Shown here in pieces: positions 46,801 through 54,938 of a stretch of DNA of 64,000 nucleotides. A model generated the notes under the pieces. The model searched no databases and had not been told where the DNA came from. It worked only from the letters and a program-made list of their open reading frames with translations. Each line of letters starts with the position of its first letter. Position 1 is the stretch's first letter. This DNA comes from Candidatus Latescibacterota bacterium (GTDB taxonomy: Bacteria > Latescibacterota > UBA2968 > UBA8231), in assembly GCA_964291625.2 (NCBI GenBank), contig OZ220089.1:224001-288000 (forward strand), written 5' to 3'. Made by a program: the position numbers and the translations under genes.

Positions 46801-48693
46801 CAGGTCGGGAACGATGCTGCGCCTCGGGAAGACCATGGTCCGCGCCTTCAGGGACCGCATCGTGTCCTTGAGGCGCATCTTGAAGTCGGGGAACAGCTCC
46901 GGATCCTCGAAGGCCATGTGGAACATCCCCGCCAGGGCCCGGATCTGCCGCGAGAGGTTGTCGTAGCGGATGTGCTGCGCCCGGTCGAGGGGCGTGTCGA
47001 CGAGGAACCGGGCATCGTTGACGGTGACGAAGGCCAGGGCGGGGGTGCCCGTGGTCAGCACCAGCTCGCTGTTCACGGAAATCTCGCCGGGGACGAAGGT
47101 CTCCCAGCTCTTCCCCCCCTCGGGACTGATGCCGTTCACCAGGACGTCGCGGAAGCTGTAGCCCAGCTCGCGGCTCACCTTTCGCGAGTACCCCATGAAG
47201 TTCTTGCCGAAGGGTGCGAAGTAGCGCTTGTAGTAGAAGCTCGAGTTGCTGTTCCAGATGCCGAGCTCGTCGGTCTGCGTCGACAGGTCGAGGCTGATGA
47301 ACAGGTTCACGTCGAGGGAATCGACCTTCGGATCGACCCACTCGCGGTAGAAACCCAGGCGCAGGTCCTCGTCGTCGCCGAGCTCCCTCAGCAACTCGTC
47401 GGAGGTGTCGAAGGAGGCCTGGCGCCGGTCGCCCCCCTTCCGGTAGCGGAGCCGCCAGTCGTCGCCGTCGCGGACGATCAGGTCTTCCCCGTCGGCCATG
47501 GAGGCCCTGGCCACGGCGCGCACCAGCAGGGTGTCGGTCTCGGCCACGGAGCGCACCAGCGCCTCCTTGCCGCTGAAGGTCTCCTCGCCGAGACGGTAGG
47601 TGACCCCGTCCTCCCCCTCGCCGATCAGCCCGCGGGCCAGGGACGCTTCGACGACCCGGCGCAGGACCATGCGGTCGATGAAGGGGTTCTCGTCGCGCAG
47701 GTAGCGCTGGATGAAGTCGTCGATGCCGCGCAGGGCGAGGTGGTGCGCGGAGGTGGCGAGGAACAGGACCGAGCGCGCCGGGGGATGCTCGCGGAAGTAC
47801 CGGGCCAGCTCGAGCAGGGCCGTGATCCCCGCCGCCTGCTCGGCGCCGGGTGCGAGGGAAGGCACGACCGACATGGCGTCGTAGTACGACTCCAGGACGA
47901 TCACGTCCTCCTGGAGCAGAGGGTCGTAACCGGGGATGAAGCCCATGACGTTCCAGGCCGGGCGCCGCTCCCAGTCCATGCGGTACTCGAGGTGGACCGA
48001 GGGCGGCGTACCCGCGCCCTCGATCGCCTCCCGCAGCAGTCCGCCGTCCGCGCCGCTGACCCAGAACCGGGGCAGGTCGAGGGGCATGGTGAGGAACTTC
48101 TTCTCGCCTTCGAGATAGACGGTCGAGTCGGGCTCGATGAAGACGACGGCGGCAGCGCCGAGGTAGGCGCCGTTGAGCCAGTTGTCGCCGGAGTTGAAGT
48201 CGAGGACGACGACGGCTCCCGCCACGTCCTGGCCGTCGAGCTCCTCGAACTCCCCCCGGCCGCCGTAGATCAGGGGCCCGTGGATGCCGCCGTCGGGCAG
48301 GGTCGAGGTGCGCACCAGGTTGGGCCACAGTCCGTGGAGCTCCACGGACGGCCCTCCCGCGATCCTCAGCCGCCCTCCCTGGTCGACGGGCACGGAGACG
48401 TCGTACTTGTGGAAGGTGATGTCGTGCAGACCGATCTGCCGGAACTGGCGGTGCACGTGCAGGGCCGCCTGCTCGGCGCCGGGATAGCCGGCCACGCGCG
48501 AACCGAGGCCCGAGAAGAATCCCACGGTCTGGCGCAGACGGTCCTCCGGCGCCAGCTCGCGCAGGGCCTCGAAGTCGACTTCGGCCGCCGCCGGCGCCGC
48601 CGCGAGGACGGCGAGCAGGCCGAGGGACCCCGCGCGCAGACGGAGAAACGGGCGGATATCGGTCATGACCGGGTAATGATCGGCAAACGGCAT
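43855..48693 (-). CDS. Giant PA/M28-peptidase-fold + FtsX/MacB-like permease fusion (about 1600 aa; start 48693 or 48666)
   Basis: Signal peptide ending AAA-EV; SRVAGYPG and GPLIYGGRG (PA); M28-like NVMGFIPG...YYDA...PGA; MKRRKLRTALT and VYERFREIGIYSSVGL...YPARRA (FtsX). Confidence 0.8.
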   Translation of the reverse strand: MPFADHYPVMTDIRPFLRLRAGSLGLLAVLAAAPAAAEVDFEALRELAPEDRLRQTVGFFSGLGSRVAGYPGAEQAALHVHRQFRQIGLHDITFHKYDVSVPVDQGGRLRIAGGPSVELHGLWPNLVRTSTLPDGGIHGPLIYGGRGEFEELDGQDVAGAVVVLDFNSGDNWLNGAYLGAAAVVFIEPDSTVYLEGEKKFLTMPLDLPRFWVSGADGGLLREAIEGAGTPPSVHLEYRMDWERRPAWNVMGFIPGYDPLLQEDVIVLESYYDAMSVVPSLAPGAEQAAGITALLELARYFREHPPARSVLFLATSAHHLALRGIDDFIQRYLRDENPFIDRMVLRRVVEASLARGLIGEGEDGVTYRLGEETFSGKEALVRSVAETDTLLVRAVARASMADGEDLIVRDGDDWRLRYRKGGDRRQASFDTSDELLRELGDDEDLRLGFYREWVDPKVDSLDVNLFISLDLSTQTDELGIWNSNSSFYYKRYFAPFGKNFMGYSRKVSRELGYSFRDVLVNGISPEGGKSWETFVPGEISVNSELVLTTGTPALAFVTVNDARFLVDTPLDRAQHIRYDNLSRQIRALAGMFHMAFEDPELFPDFKMRLKDTMRSLKARTMVFPRRSIVPDLPRTGAVGVVRNGKKKSYKGVRGEYFEVVDGDGAFFVNRIRVEQVQVEGYRMDPATGRVSYAPDRGIQGDQAYPMLIKMDWRDKEWMVVLFPCQAFNFFDIVDPRYLTKLSEVTVFDETNASPVEYGYTIGEGPSAKDEPVGVLFARPGALVKMGFGAGILGFRSLLLNSENPDDKEEALGAGFAMEPGSSFARTSYQSARDMWTLDEARMRELRSFAIENQRLNDLHERARGELERAAAALERKEWSAFVRHTRSAIGLESRAYPDVKSTQNDVIQGIIFFMALVLPCAYFAERLLITAATIQRQIMGFAGIFLVIWIVLSFVHPAFELSNPFVILLAFVILVLAVLVMWIISGRFNEQMKKLRTEVAVIHDTDVSRSSASLTAFLLGISNMKRRKLRTALTFVTLLLLTFTVLSFTSIQTALRYNQIERDNEGLYEGLLIRSKAWTPLEESVLEYAHSNFGDRAAIAPRSWYDNQKKAHIKIKYGEDAHNALGVLGLTPSETEVTGLDQALLAGRWFQEGEERVCILPNDMLGADKLGIDMGEVDAGGATVRVFGEQFTVIGIINSTRMKELKDLDDETMTPADFAVTGGQAVQEIAEEEQREKQGLEDAQVVIKPFVHLEPANTLILPYHTLRNVGSGNPLQSVAIRFDEGVDERAEIEQFLSRLAVTLFAGIQEPGDDYIKVSIYSSLGMTSLSGVANLFVPILIAALIVLNTMMGSVYERFREIGIYSSVGLAPGHIAWLFMAESCVYSVLGVVAGYLVGQITATLLTQLGVVTGFTLNYSSLSAVLSCILVMAVVMLSTIYPARRASQMAVPDVTRRWRLPRPEGDDWHFEFPFTVAGRDVLGLSVFLIGYFDSYSEESIGTFYTDGAKLGRLDSEYGEGYTIDMNIWLAPFDLGVSQHVVIRALPESEHNIYQIQLDIRRLSGEDASWRRVNQRFMNVIRKQFLIWRTVDSEAKEAYRSQGQELLAGAPADSVSA

Positions 48694-48704
48694 GGGCCCC
48701 GCAA

Positions 48705-49235
48705 TCACCGCCGGGGGGCGAGACCTCCCCCGTAGCCCGCCCTGGCCAGGGCCCTCACCGCGTAGTAGGTGATCAGCCCCGTCATCGCCCCGGAGAGGAC
48801 GCCGCCCACCAGGAAGAGGGGCAGCAGCCGCAGCAGACCCGCCTGGGAGAGGTAGATCTCGGCCACCAGCAGCTGCGTCACCTGGTGGACGACGGCTCCC
48901 GCGATGCTCAGCCCCACGGGGCTCAACAGGCCGGGCACGGATCGCCGCAGGCCGACCATCGCGGCCAGGCTCGTGAGGGCGGCGCTGCCCCCGATGACCG
49001 ACGCCGGGCCGGCCAGACCGCCGCTCAGCAGACCGCCGACGAGGACCTTCACGGCGCCCACCGCCGCCGCCGGACCGCCGCCGAAGAGCAGCAGCGTCGC
49101 CAGGACGGCGGCGTTGCCGAGTCCGAGCTTCATCCACGGCAGGGGGCGCGGCACCGCCGTTTCGAAGACGAAGAGGATCAGAGCGGCGGCCGACATCAGG
49201 CCCAGGAAGGCGGCGCGCCTGCCGGGCGAGAGCAT
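48705..49235 (-). CDS. Gx transporter family (heptaprenyl diphosphate synthase component I-like) membrane protein
   Basis: FETAVPRPLPWMKLGLGN and GLSIAGAVVHQVTQL motifs. Confidence 0.85.
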   Translation of the reverse strand: MLSPGRRAAFLGLMSAAALILFVFETAVPRPLPWMKLGLGNAAVLATLLLFGGGPAAAVGAVKVLVGGLLSGGLAGPASVIGGSAALTSLAAMVGLRRSVPGLLSPVGLSIAGAVVHQVTQLLVAEIYLSQAGLLRLLPLFLVGGVLSGAMTGLITYYAVRALARAGYGGGLAPRR

Positions 49236-49660
49236 CAGCGGCTGACCCCGTCGAAGGCGGGGCCGCCCTCGCCTTCGACCCGGACCACCAGATGGTTGGG
49301 GACACAGACCGCCACGTCGCCCACCGCCCGCAGCCAGCCGCGGCGGACGCAGATCCGCCGGGCGCAGGGAGAGGCGGCCACGCGGACGCGGCTGCCGTCG
49401 ACCACCACCTCGCTCGCCCCGGCGGGGCCGGGGACCTCGATCCGCGCCGCTTCGCTCAGCGGCAGGAGGCGCACGACCTCGCCTCCCACCTGGACGCTCG
49501 CCGACCGGGGGGTACCGCCGCCGGGCCTCGACACGAGCAGGACCGCCGCCAACAGCAGAACCGCCGCCGCGAGGACGATGTCGCCCGGGCTGGGAGGCAG
49601 GGGCCGGTACGGCTTGACACTCCCCCTGGGGCTGTTTACACTGCCGAGAGCGCCACGCAA
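49235..49660 (-). CDS. NusG domain II (DUF1312) protein; start uncertain
   Basis: N-terminal GD+TM; SPCARRICVRRGWL...VCVPNHLVV signature. Confidence 0.85.
   Translation of the reverse strand: MRGALGSVNSPRGSVKPYRPLPPSPGDIVLAAAVLLLAAVLLVSRPGGGTPRSASVQVGGEVVRLLPLSEAARIEVPGPAGASEVVVDGSRVRVAASPCARRICVRRGWLRAVGDVAVCVPNHLVVRVEGEGGPAFDGVSR
49614..49642 (+). promoter_or_regulatory. Near-consensus sigma70 promoter upstream of rel
   Basis: TTGACA (49614-19), N17, TACACT (49637-42). Confidence 0.7.
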
Positions 49661-49767
49661 GGCCGTATCTCGTTGTCGGCTATGGAGTAACCGCCGTTTC
49701 GCGAGGCCTGCTTCGAGGCCTCCGGCCCCCCCTTGCCCGTCGAGCCCGCAACGGCGCCACCGGGCTT

Positions 49768-52056
49768 GTGAGCCCCCTCTTGACGACCCCCCGGATCGCC
49801 ATCGACGAAGCGCCCCCCCGCAACGGGGAGGAGCTGCCGGAGCGCCCGGGCCCCACCAACCTCGAGGCCCTGCTCGAGGACTCGCGGGACCACCTGCAGC
49901 TTCAGATGCTGCTCATCGAGGTCGCCTCGTGCAACGAGTCCGCCGACTTCGACCTGGTTGCGCGCGCCTACCACTTCGCGCACCAGGCCCACGCCGGCCA
50001 GATCCGCAAGTCGGGGGAACCCTTCCTCCAGCACATCGTCGAGGTGGCTCGAATCCTCGCCCAGCTGCGCCTCGACACGACCACCGTCGCCGCCGGCCTG
50101 CTCCACGACGTGGTCGAGGATACGGAGGTCACCCAGGACCAGATCGAGTCCCGGTTCGGGTCCAAGATCTCGGCCCTCATCGACGGGGTCACCAAGATCG
50201 AGCGCTTCCAGCTCGAGAGCCGCGAGGCCCGCCAGGCCGAGACCTTTCGCAAGATGCTGCTTTCCATGGTCGAGGACATCCGGGTCATCCTGGTCAAGTT
50301 CGCCGACCGGCTGCACAACATGCGCACCCTGGACGCCCTCGACGACCACCAGCGCCAGCGCATCTCCCACGAAACCCTGGAGGTCTATGCGCCCCTGGCC
50401 CACCGGCTGGGCCTGGCCCGGATCCGCTGGGAGCTGGAGGACCGCAGCCTCAAGCATCTCGAGCCCGCGTTCTACCGTGAGATCCGGGAGAAGGTGGCCA
50501 TGCGGCGCGAGGAGCGGGAGCGCCTGATCGACGGCTTCAAGACGCCCCTGGCCGAGGAGCTGACCCGCAGCGGCATCGAGGCCGAGATCACCGGGCGTCC
50601 GAAGAACTTCTACAGCATCTACAACAAGATGCGCAGCCGGGTGAAGCCCTTCGAGGAGATCTACGACCTCACGGCGGTGCGCATCATCGTCGGCACCGTG
50701 CGCGAGTGCTACCACACCCTCGGCCTGGTGCACACCCTCTACCGACCGATCCCCGACCGCTTCAAGGACTACATCGCCACGCCGAAGACCAATATGTACC
50801 AGTCCCTGCACACCACCGTCATCGGCCCCCAGGGCATGTCGGTGGAAGTGCAGATCCGCACCTGGGAGATGCACCACACGGCGGAGATCGGCATCGCCGC
50901 CCACTGGCGCTACAAGGGAGGCGGGGCCGGGGAGAGCAGCGACCTCGACCAGCAGATGAACTGGCTGCGCCAGGTCCTCGACTGGCAGCGGGACGCCACC
51001 GACCCCGTGGAGTTCATGGAGAACCTGAAGATCGAGCTCTTCCAGGACGAGATCTTCGTCTTCACCCCCAAGGGGGATCTCCACCAGCTGCCGAAGGAGG
51101 CGACCCCCATCGACTTCGCCTTCGCCATCCACACCGACATCGGCCTCCATTGCCTCACCGCCAAGGTGGACGGCCAGATCGTGCCCCTGAGCACGCCCCT
51201 GACCAGCGGCGCCACGGTGCAGATCATCACCTCGCCCCACCAGAAGCCGAATCCGTCCTGGCTCGAGATGGTCAAGACCGCCAAGGCCCGCCAGGCGATC
51301 CGCCGCTGGGTGAAGGAGGAGCGGCTCTCCCAGAGCGTTCGCCTCGGCCAGGAGATCCTCGAGCACGAGCTGAAGCGCTACCGCCACCGCGCCGGCAGCG
51401 AGGCCCTCGAGGAGCTGGCGGCGGAGCTCAAGCTGGCCGACACCGAGCACCTCTACGCGGCCATCGGCTCCGGCGACCTGTCGGTGAGCCGCGCCGTCAA
51501 CCGCCTCGTGCCGAATCCGCCGAAGCGGCGGGTGAGGCCGCTGATCCGCGACCGGCGGGGCATCCGCATCCAGGGCATGAACGACATGATGATCCACTTC
51601 GGGAAGTGCTGCACTCCGATCCCCGGGGACCCGATCATCGGCCTCATCACCCGGGGCCGGGGGCTGTCGGTGCATCGCACGGACTGCCCCAACTTCGCCG
51701 ACCTCGCCGAGGACCCGGAGAGCCTCACGCCGGTGGCCTGGGACCTCGAGGAGGAACAGGCCTTCACGGTGCAGCTCCTCGTGCGCGGGCATGACCGCAA
51801 GTACTTCCTCTCCGACGTGACCCGAATCATCTCCGACACGGGGGCCAACATCGTCAGTTGCGAGACCCGGACCCTGGCTCACGTCGTGGAGGAGACGTTC
51901 CGGATCGACGTGCACGACTCCCGGCAGCTGCAGAAGATGGTGAAGAAGCTGCGCGGCGTGGAAGGCGTCACCGAGGTGCAGCGCGTCGACAAGGTTGCCG
52001 TGGAGGGGCCGAAGGACCCCGACGGGGAGGCCTGGAGTTCCGACGAGCGCCGGTGA
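49768..52056 (+). CDS. rel: Bifunctional (p)ppGpp synthetase/hydrolase Rel (RelA/SpoT)
   Basis: RKSGEPF..H, LLHDVVED (HD), GRPK and YQSLHT motifs; TGS (VFTPKG), CC..PGD and ACT domains. Confidence 0.95.
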   Translation: MSPLLTTPRIAIDEAPPRNGEELPERPGPTNLEALLEDSRDHLQLQMLLIEVASCNESADFDLVARAYHFAHQAHAGQIRKSGEPFLQHIVEVARILAQLRLDTTTVAAGLLHDVVEDTEVTQDQIESRFGSKISALIDGVTKIERFQLESREARQAETFRKMLLSMVEDIRVILVKFADRLHNMRTLDALDDHQRQRISHETLEVYAPLAHRLGLARIRWELEDRSLKHLEPAFYREIREKVAMRREERERLIDGFKTPLAEELTRSGIEAEITGRPKNFYSIYNKMRSRVKPFEEIYDLTAVRIIVGTVRECYHTLGLVHTLYRPIPDRFKDYIATPKTNMYQSLHTTVIGPQGMSVEVQIRTWEMHHTAEIGIAAHWRYKGGGAGESSDLDQQMNWLRQVLDWQRDATDPVEFMENLKIELFQDEIFVFTPKGDLHQLPKEATPIDFAFAIHTDIGLHCLTAKVDGQIVPLSTPLTSGATVQIITSPHQKPNPSWLEMVKTAKARQAIRRWVKEERLSQSVRLGQEILEHELKRYRHRAGSEALEELAAELKLADTEHLYAAIGSGDLSVSRAVNRLVPNPPKRRVRPLIRDRRGIRIQGMNDMMIHFGKCCTPIPGDPIIGLITRGRGLSVHRTDCPNFADLAEDPESLTPVAWDLEEEQAFTVQLLVRGHDRKYFLSDVTRIISDTGANIVSCETRTLAHVVEETFRIDVHDSRQLQKMVKKLRGVEGVTEVQRVDKVAVEGPKDPDGEAWSSDERR

Positions 52057-52085
52057 CCGCCGCCGCGTCCGGCACCGGGAGGCCG

Positions 52086-52115
52086 TTGACACGATGCGCG
52101 GAGCCCGGGTACCTT
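52086..52115 (+). promoter_or_regulatory. Putative sigma70 promoter of hisC
   Basis: TTGACA (52086-91), N18, TACCTT (52110-15). Confidence 0.55.
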
Positions 52116-52142
52116 GCCGCCGGTTCCGCTCGCACCCGGCCC

Positions 52143-53198
52143 ATGACCCCCTTCCTCCCCCACATCGCCGGCATGGCCGGATACCTCCCCGGCGAGCAGC
52201 CCGCCGACGGCGAGTACCTCAAGCTCAACACCAACGAGAACCCCTACCCGCCGTCGCCGCTGGTCCTGGCGAGGCTGCGCGCCGCCCTCGACGGCCGCCT
52301 GCGCCGCTATCCCGACGCCGCCGCCACCGGGGTTCGCCGGCGTCTGGCGGCCCTCTTCGGCCGCGACGAGGATCAATTCCTGGTCGGCAACGGCTCCGAC
52401 GAGCTGCTCAACGTCGCCGTGCGCTGCTTTGCCGGCGCCGCCGACGGGGTCGCCTTCGCCACGCCGACCTACCCCTACTACGCCAAGCTCGTGGAGCTGC
52501 AGGACGCCCGCCGGGTGGCCATCGAGTTCGACGATGACTTCGCCCTGCCGGCGTCTCTCTCCGCTGCCGACGCCCGGCTGACCCTGGTGCCCAACCCGAA
52601 CTCTCCCTCGGGGACGGTCGTGGCCCGCGAGGATCTCGAGTCCCTGGCCGCCGGCCTGTCCGGCATCCTTCTCATCGACGAGGCCTACGTCGACTTCGCC
52701 CGCGGGGGCGCCCTCGATCTCGTGGGCCGCCACGCCAACGTGATCGTCGCCCGCACTCTGTCCAAGTCCTTCTCCCTCGCCGGACTCCGCATCGGCTTCT
52801 GCGTCGCCTCCCCCGAGGTGGTCCGCGGGATGGGCAAGGTGAAGGAGCACTACAACATCAACACCCTGAGCCAAGTCGCCGCCGAGGCCGCCCTCGAAGA
52901 TGTCGACTGGATGCGGAGGAACGCCCGCCGGGTCGCCGCCACCCGGTCGCGCCTGACCGGAGCCCTCCGCGGGCACGGCTGTCACGTCTGGGAGTCGGAG
53001 GCCAACTTCGTCCTCGCCCGGATGCCCTCCGGCGCCGACGCGGGGAGGATCGCCTCGGAGTTGAGGCGGCGCCGCATCCTGGTCCGCTACTTCGGCGGCG
53101 ATCCGAGGCTCAGCGACTGCCTGCGCATCTCCGTCGGCACCGACTCGGAGATCGACCGGCTGCTCCAGGAGCTCCACGGGTTGATGCGGAAGGCCTGA
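52143..53198 (+). CDS. hisC: Histidinol-phosphate aminotransferase
   Basis: KLNTNENPYPPSP, GNGSDE, NPNSPSG, DEAY and RTLSKSFSLAGLRIG motifs. Confidence 0.93.
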   Translation: MTPFLPHIAGMAGYLPGEQPADGEYLKLNTNENPYPPSPLVLARLRAALDGRLRRYPDAAATGVRRRLAALFGRDEDQFLVGNGSDELLNVAVRCFAGAADGVAFATPTYPYYAKLVELQDARRVAIEFDDDFALPASLSAADARLTLVPNPNSPSGTVVAREDLESLAAGLSGILLIDEAYVDFARGGALDLVGRHANVIVARTLSKSFSLAGLRIGFCVASPEVVRGMGKVKEHYNINTLSQVAAEAALEDVDWMRRNARRVAATRSRLTGALRGHGCHVWESEANFVLARMPSGADAGRIASELRRRRILVRYFGGDPRLSDCLRISVGTDSEIDRLLQELHGLMRKA

Positions 53199-53214
53199 AC
53201 CGCCCCTCCGGGTG

Positions 53215-53742
53215 CTACCGCCGCCCGGCCTCCCGCACCCGCTTCAGGGCGTCCACCTCCGACATCCTCAGACCGACGCGGCGCGAGATCTCGGCCGTTG
53301 ACAGGCCCTGCTCGAGCATCTCGCGGGCCCGGCGGTAGGCCTCCCCCCCGGGATCCGGGAATCCCTCCGGCCGGCGCTGCGCGGTCCCGGAAGCCCTGGC
53401 CGCCCGGCCCTCCCCCGTGGCCCCCGCGAGGCGAGGCCCCGTCTCGGCCGGCCTCGGAGGCGGGACGGTGCCGGCGGCCTTCGGGGAGGCCGTCGATCCG
53501 GGGACCCGGGGCGGGGCGGGCCCTGAGGGGGGCGGTTGTTCGAGAGTCCGGCAGAGGTCGGACAGGCGTTGGCCCAGATTGTGCAGGCTCCGGTGCTGAC
53601 CCTCCAGGAGGGTCAACCGCCGGTCCAGCTCGCGCTTCTGTTCCCGCAACCAGGACCGGAACCAGAAAGCCAGGGTCCCGGCGAGGATCAGGAAGAGCAG
53701 ATCGAGGAGGATCTGGCGCAGGGCGGAGTCAGGAAGGTTCAC
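53215..53742 (-). CDS. Hypothetical membrane-anchored protein with C-terminal HTH (DUF2802-like)
   Basis: N-terminal TM, coiled coil, Pro-rich linker, then YRRAREMLEQGLSTAEISRRVGL..SEV. Confidence 0.6.
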   Translation of the reverse strand: MNLPDSALRQILLDLLFLILAGTLAFWFRSWLREQKRELDRRLTLLEGQHRSLHNLGQRLSDLCRTLEQPPPSGPAPPRVPGSTASPKAAGTVPPPRPAETGPRLAGATGEGRAARASGTAQRRPEGFPDPGGEAYRRAREMLEQGLSTAEISRRVGLRMSEVDALKRVREAGRR

Positions 53743-53775
53743 CGGACCAATATACCCCCGTACCCCGCAAACCCG

Positions 53776-54777
53776 CTATCGATCATCCGCTGGAGGGATC
53801 CTCCCGGGGGCTGCAGCAGGTCCGATGCGGTCCCGCACCGGCGGCGTCCGGCCGCCCCGCTGATGGAGGCTGGCCAGCATGTCCCCCAACAGACCGGTGG
53901 AGAACAACTGGAATCCCACGATGATCAGCAGGATGGCGAGCATCAACAGGGGATGGCGGTTCTGGATCGTGCCGGTCTGCCACCACAGGTTCGTGATGTA
54001 TGCGCCGATGGCGCCGCCCGCGATCGTGCTCAGCAGCCCGAGGGAGCCGAAGAGATGCATGGGCGTCGACATGAAGCGGACCACGAAGGTGATGGACAAC
54101 AGGTCGAGGAGACCGTTCAGGAGGCGCCGGGTGCCGAACTTGGAACGCCCGAAGCGGCGGGGATGGTGGGTCACCGGCAGCTCGGCGACGCGGTACCCGG
54201 CCCAGTGGGCGATGGCGGGCAGGAACCGGTAGAGCTCCCCGTACAGGTAGGGCAGGGCCTCCTCCACCACCTCTCGCCGGTACAACTTGAGGCCGCAGTT
54301 GAAGTCGTGCAGGCGGATGCCGGAGACGGCCGACGTGATCAGGTTGAAGAGCTTCGACGGCAGGGTCTTGGTGAGGGGATCGCGGCGCTTCCTCTTCCAT
54401 CCCGACACCAGGTCCCGGCCGCCCTCCGCCTCGAGGGCAACCAGCAGGTTGGGGATCTCCGCCGGATCGTCCTGCAGGTCCGCGTCCAGGGTCGCCACCA
54501 GCCGGCCCCTGGCTTCCTTGAAGCCGAGGGCCAGGGCCGCGGCCTTGCGGTAGTTGCGGCGGAAGCGGACCGCCCGCAGCCACCCGTAGCTTCCGGAGAG
54601 CCGTGCGAGCACCTCGAAGGAGCCGTCGGTGCTGCCGTCGTCGACGAAGACCACCTCGAAGGTGAGGCCCTGGCCGGAGAGGGCGGCCTCGACCTGCTCG
54701 CACAGAGGCTCGAGGCTCTCCTCCTCGTTGTACAGGGGAACCACGATGGTCAGATCGATGGGGCCATCCGCAGACAT
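53776..54777 (-). CDS. GT2 glycosyltransferase (ArnC/DPM-synthase-like)
   Basis: ATG at 54777; VVPLYNEE, DDGSTD, DADLQDDP and HDFNCGLK motifs; two C-terminal TMs. Confidence 0.9.
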   Translation of the reverse strand: MSADGPIDLTIVVPLYNEEESLEPLCEQVEAALSGQGLTFEVVFVDDGSTDGSFEVLARLSGSYGWLRAVRFRRNYRKAAALALGFKEARGRLVATLDADLQDDPAEIPNLLVALEAEGGRDLVSGWKRKRRDPLTKTLPSKLFNLITSAVSGIRLHDFNCGLKLYRREVVEEALPYLYGELYRFLPAIAHWAGYRVAELPVTHHPRRFGRSKFGTRRLLNGLLDLLSITFVVRFMSTPMHLFGSLGLLSTIAGGAIGAYITNLWWQTGTIQNRHPLLMLAILLIIVGFQLFSTGLLGDMLASLHQRGGRTPPVRDRIGPAAAPGRIPPADDR

Positions 54778-54938
54778 CGCCACTCCTCTTCGAGCCGGCC
54801 TCGTGGCCGCGGGATCTCCCTGGACTCCGTGCATGGTTCCAAGATAAGGCAGGAGAGAGGGCGGGGCTCCCATGGGATCAGACCCCGTCAGCCTCCCGTC
54901 ACTATACTCTCTCAGGTCCTCACCTGCCCCCGGATGAC

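Noticed and set aside
45329-48328. Long Arg/Pro/Gly-rich same-strand alternative-frame ORFs, also 8734-10932 and 3772-5442
   Set aside because: Their composition is typical of off-frame reading of GC-rich genes.
40846-48735. 2629-aa ORF on the + strand, and other long antisense ORFs such as 5425-8592, 28258-30402 and 49636-52092
   Set aside because: These are shadow frames opposite well-supported genes. High-GC codon bias suppresses stops, and the translations have no recognisable motifs.
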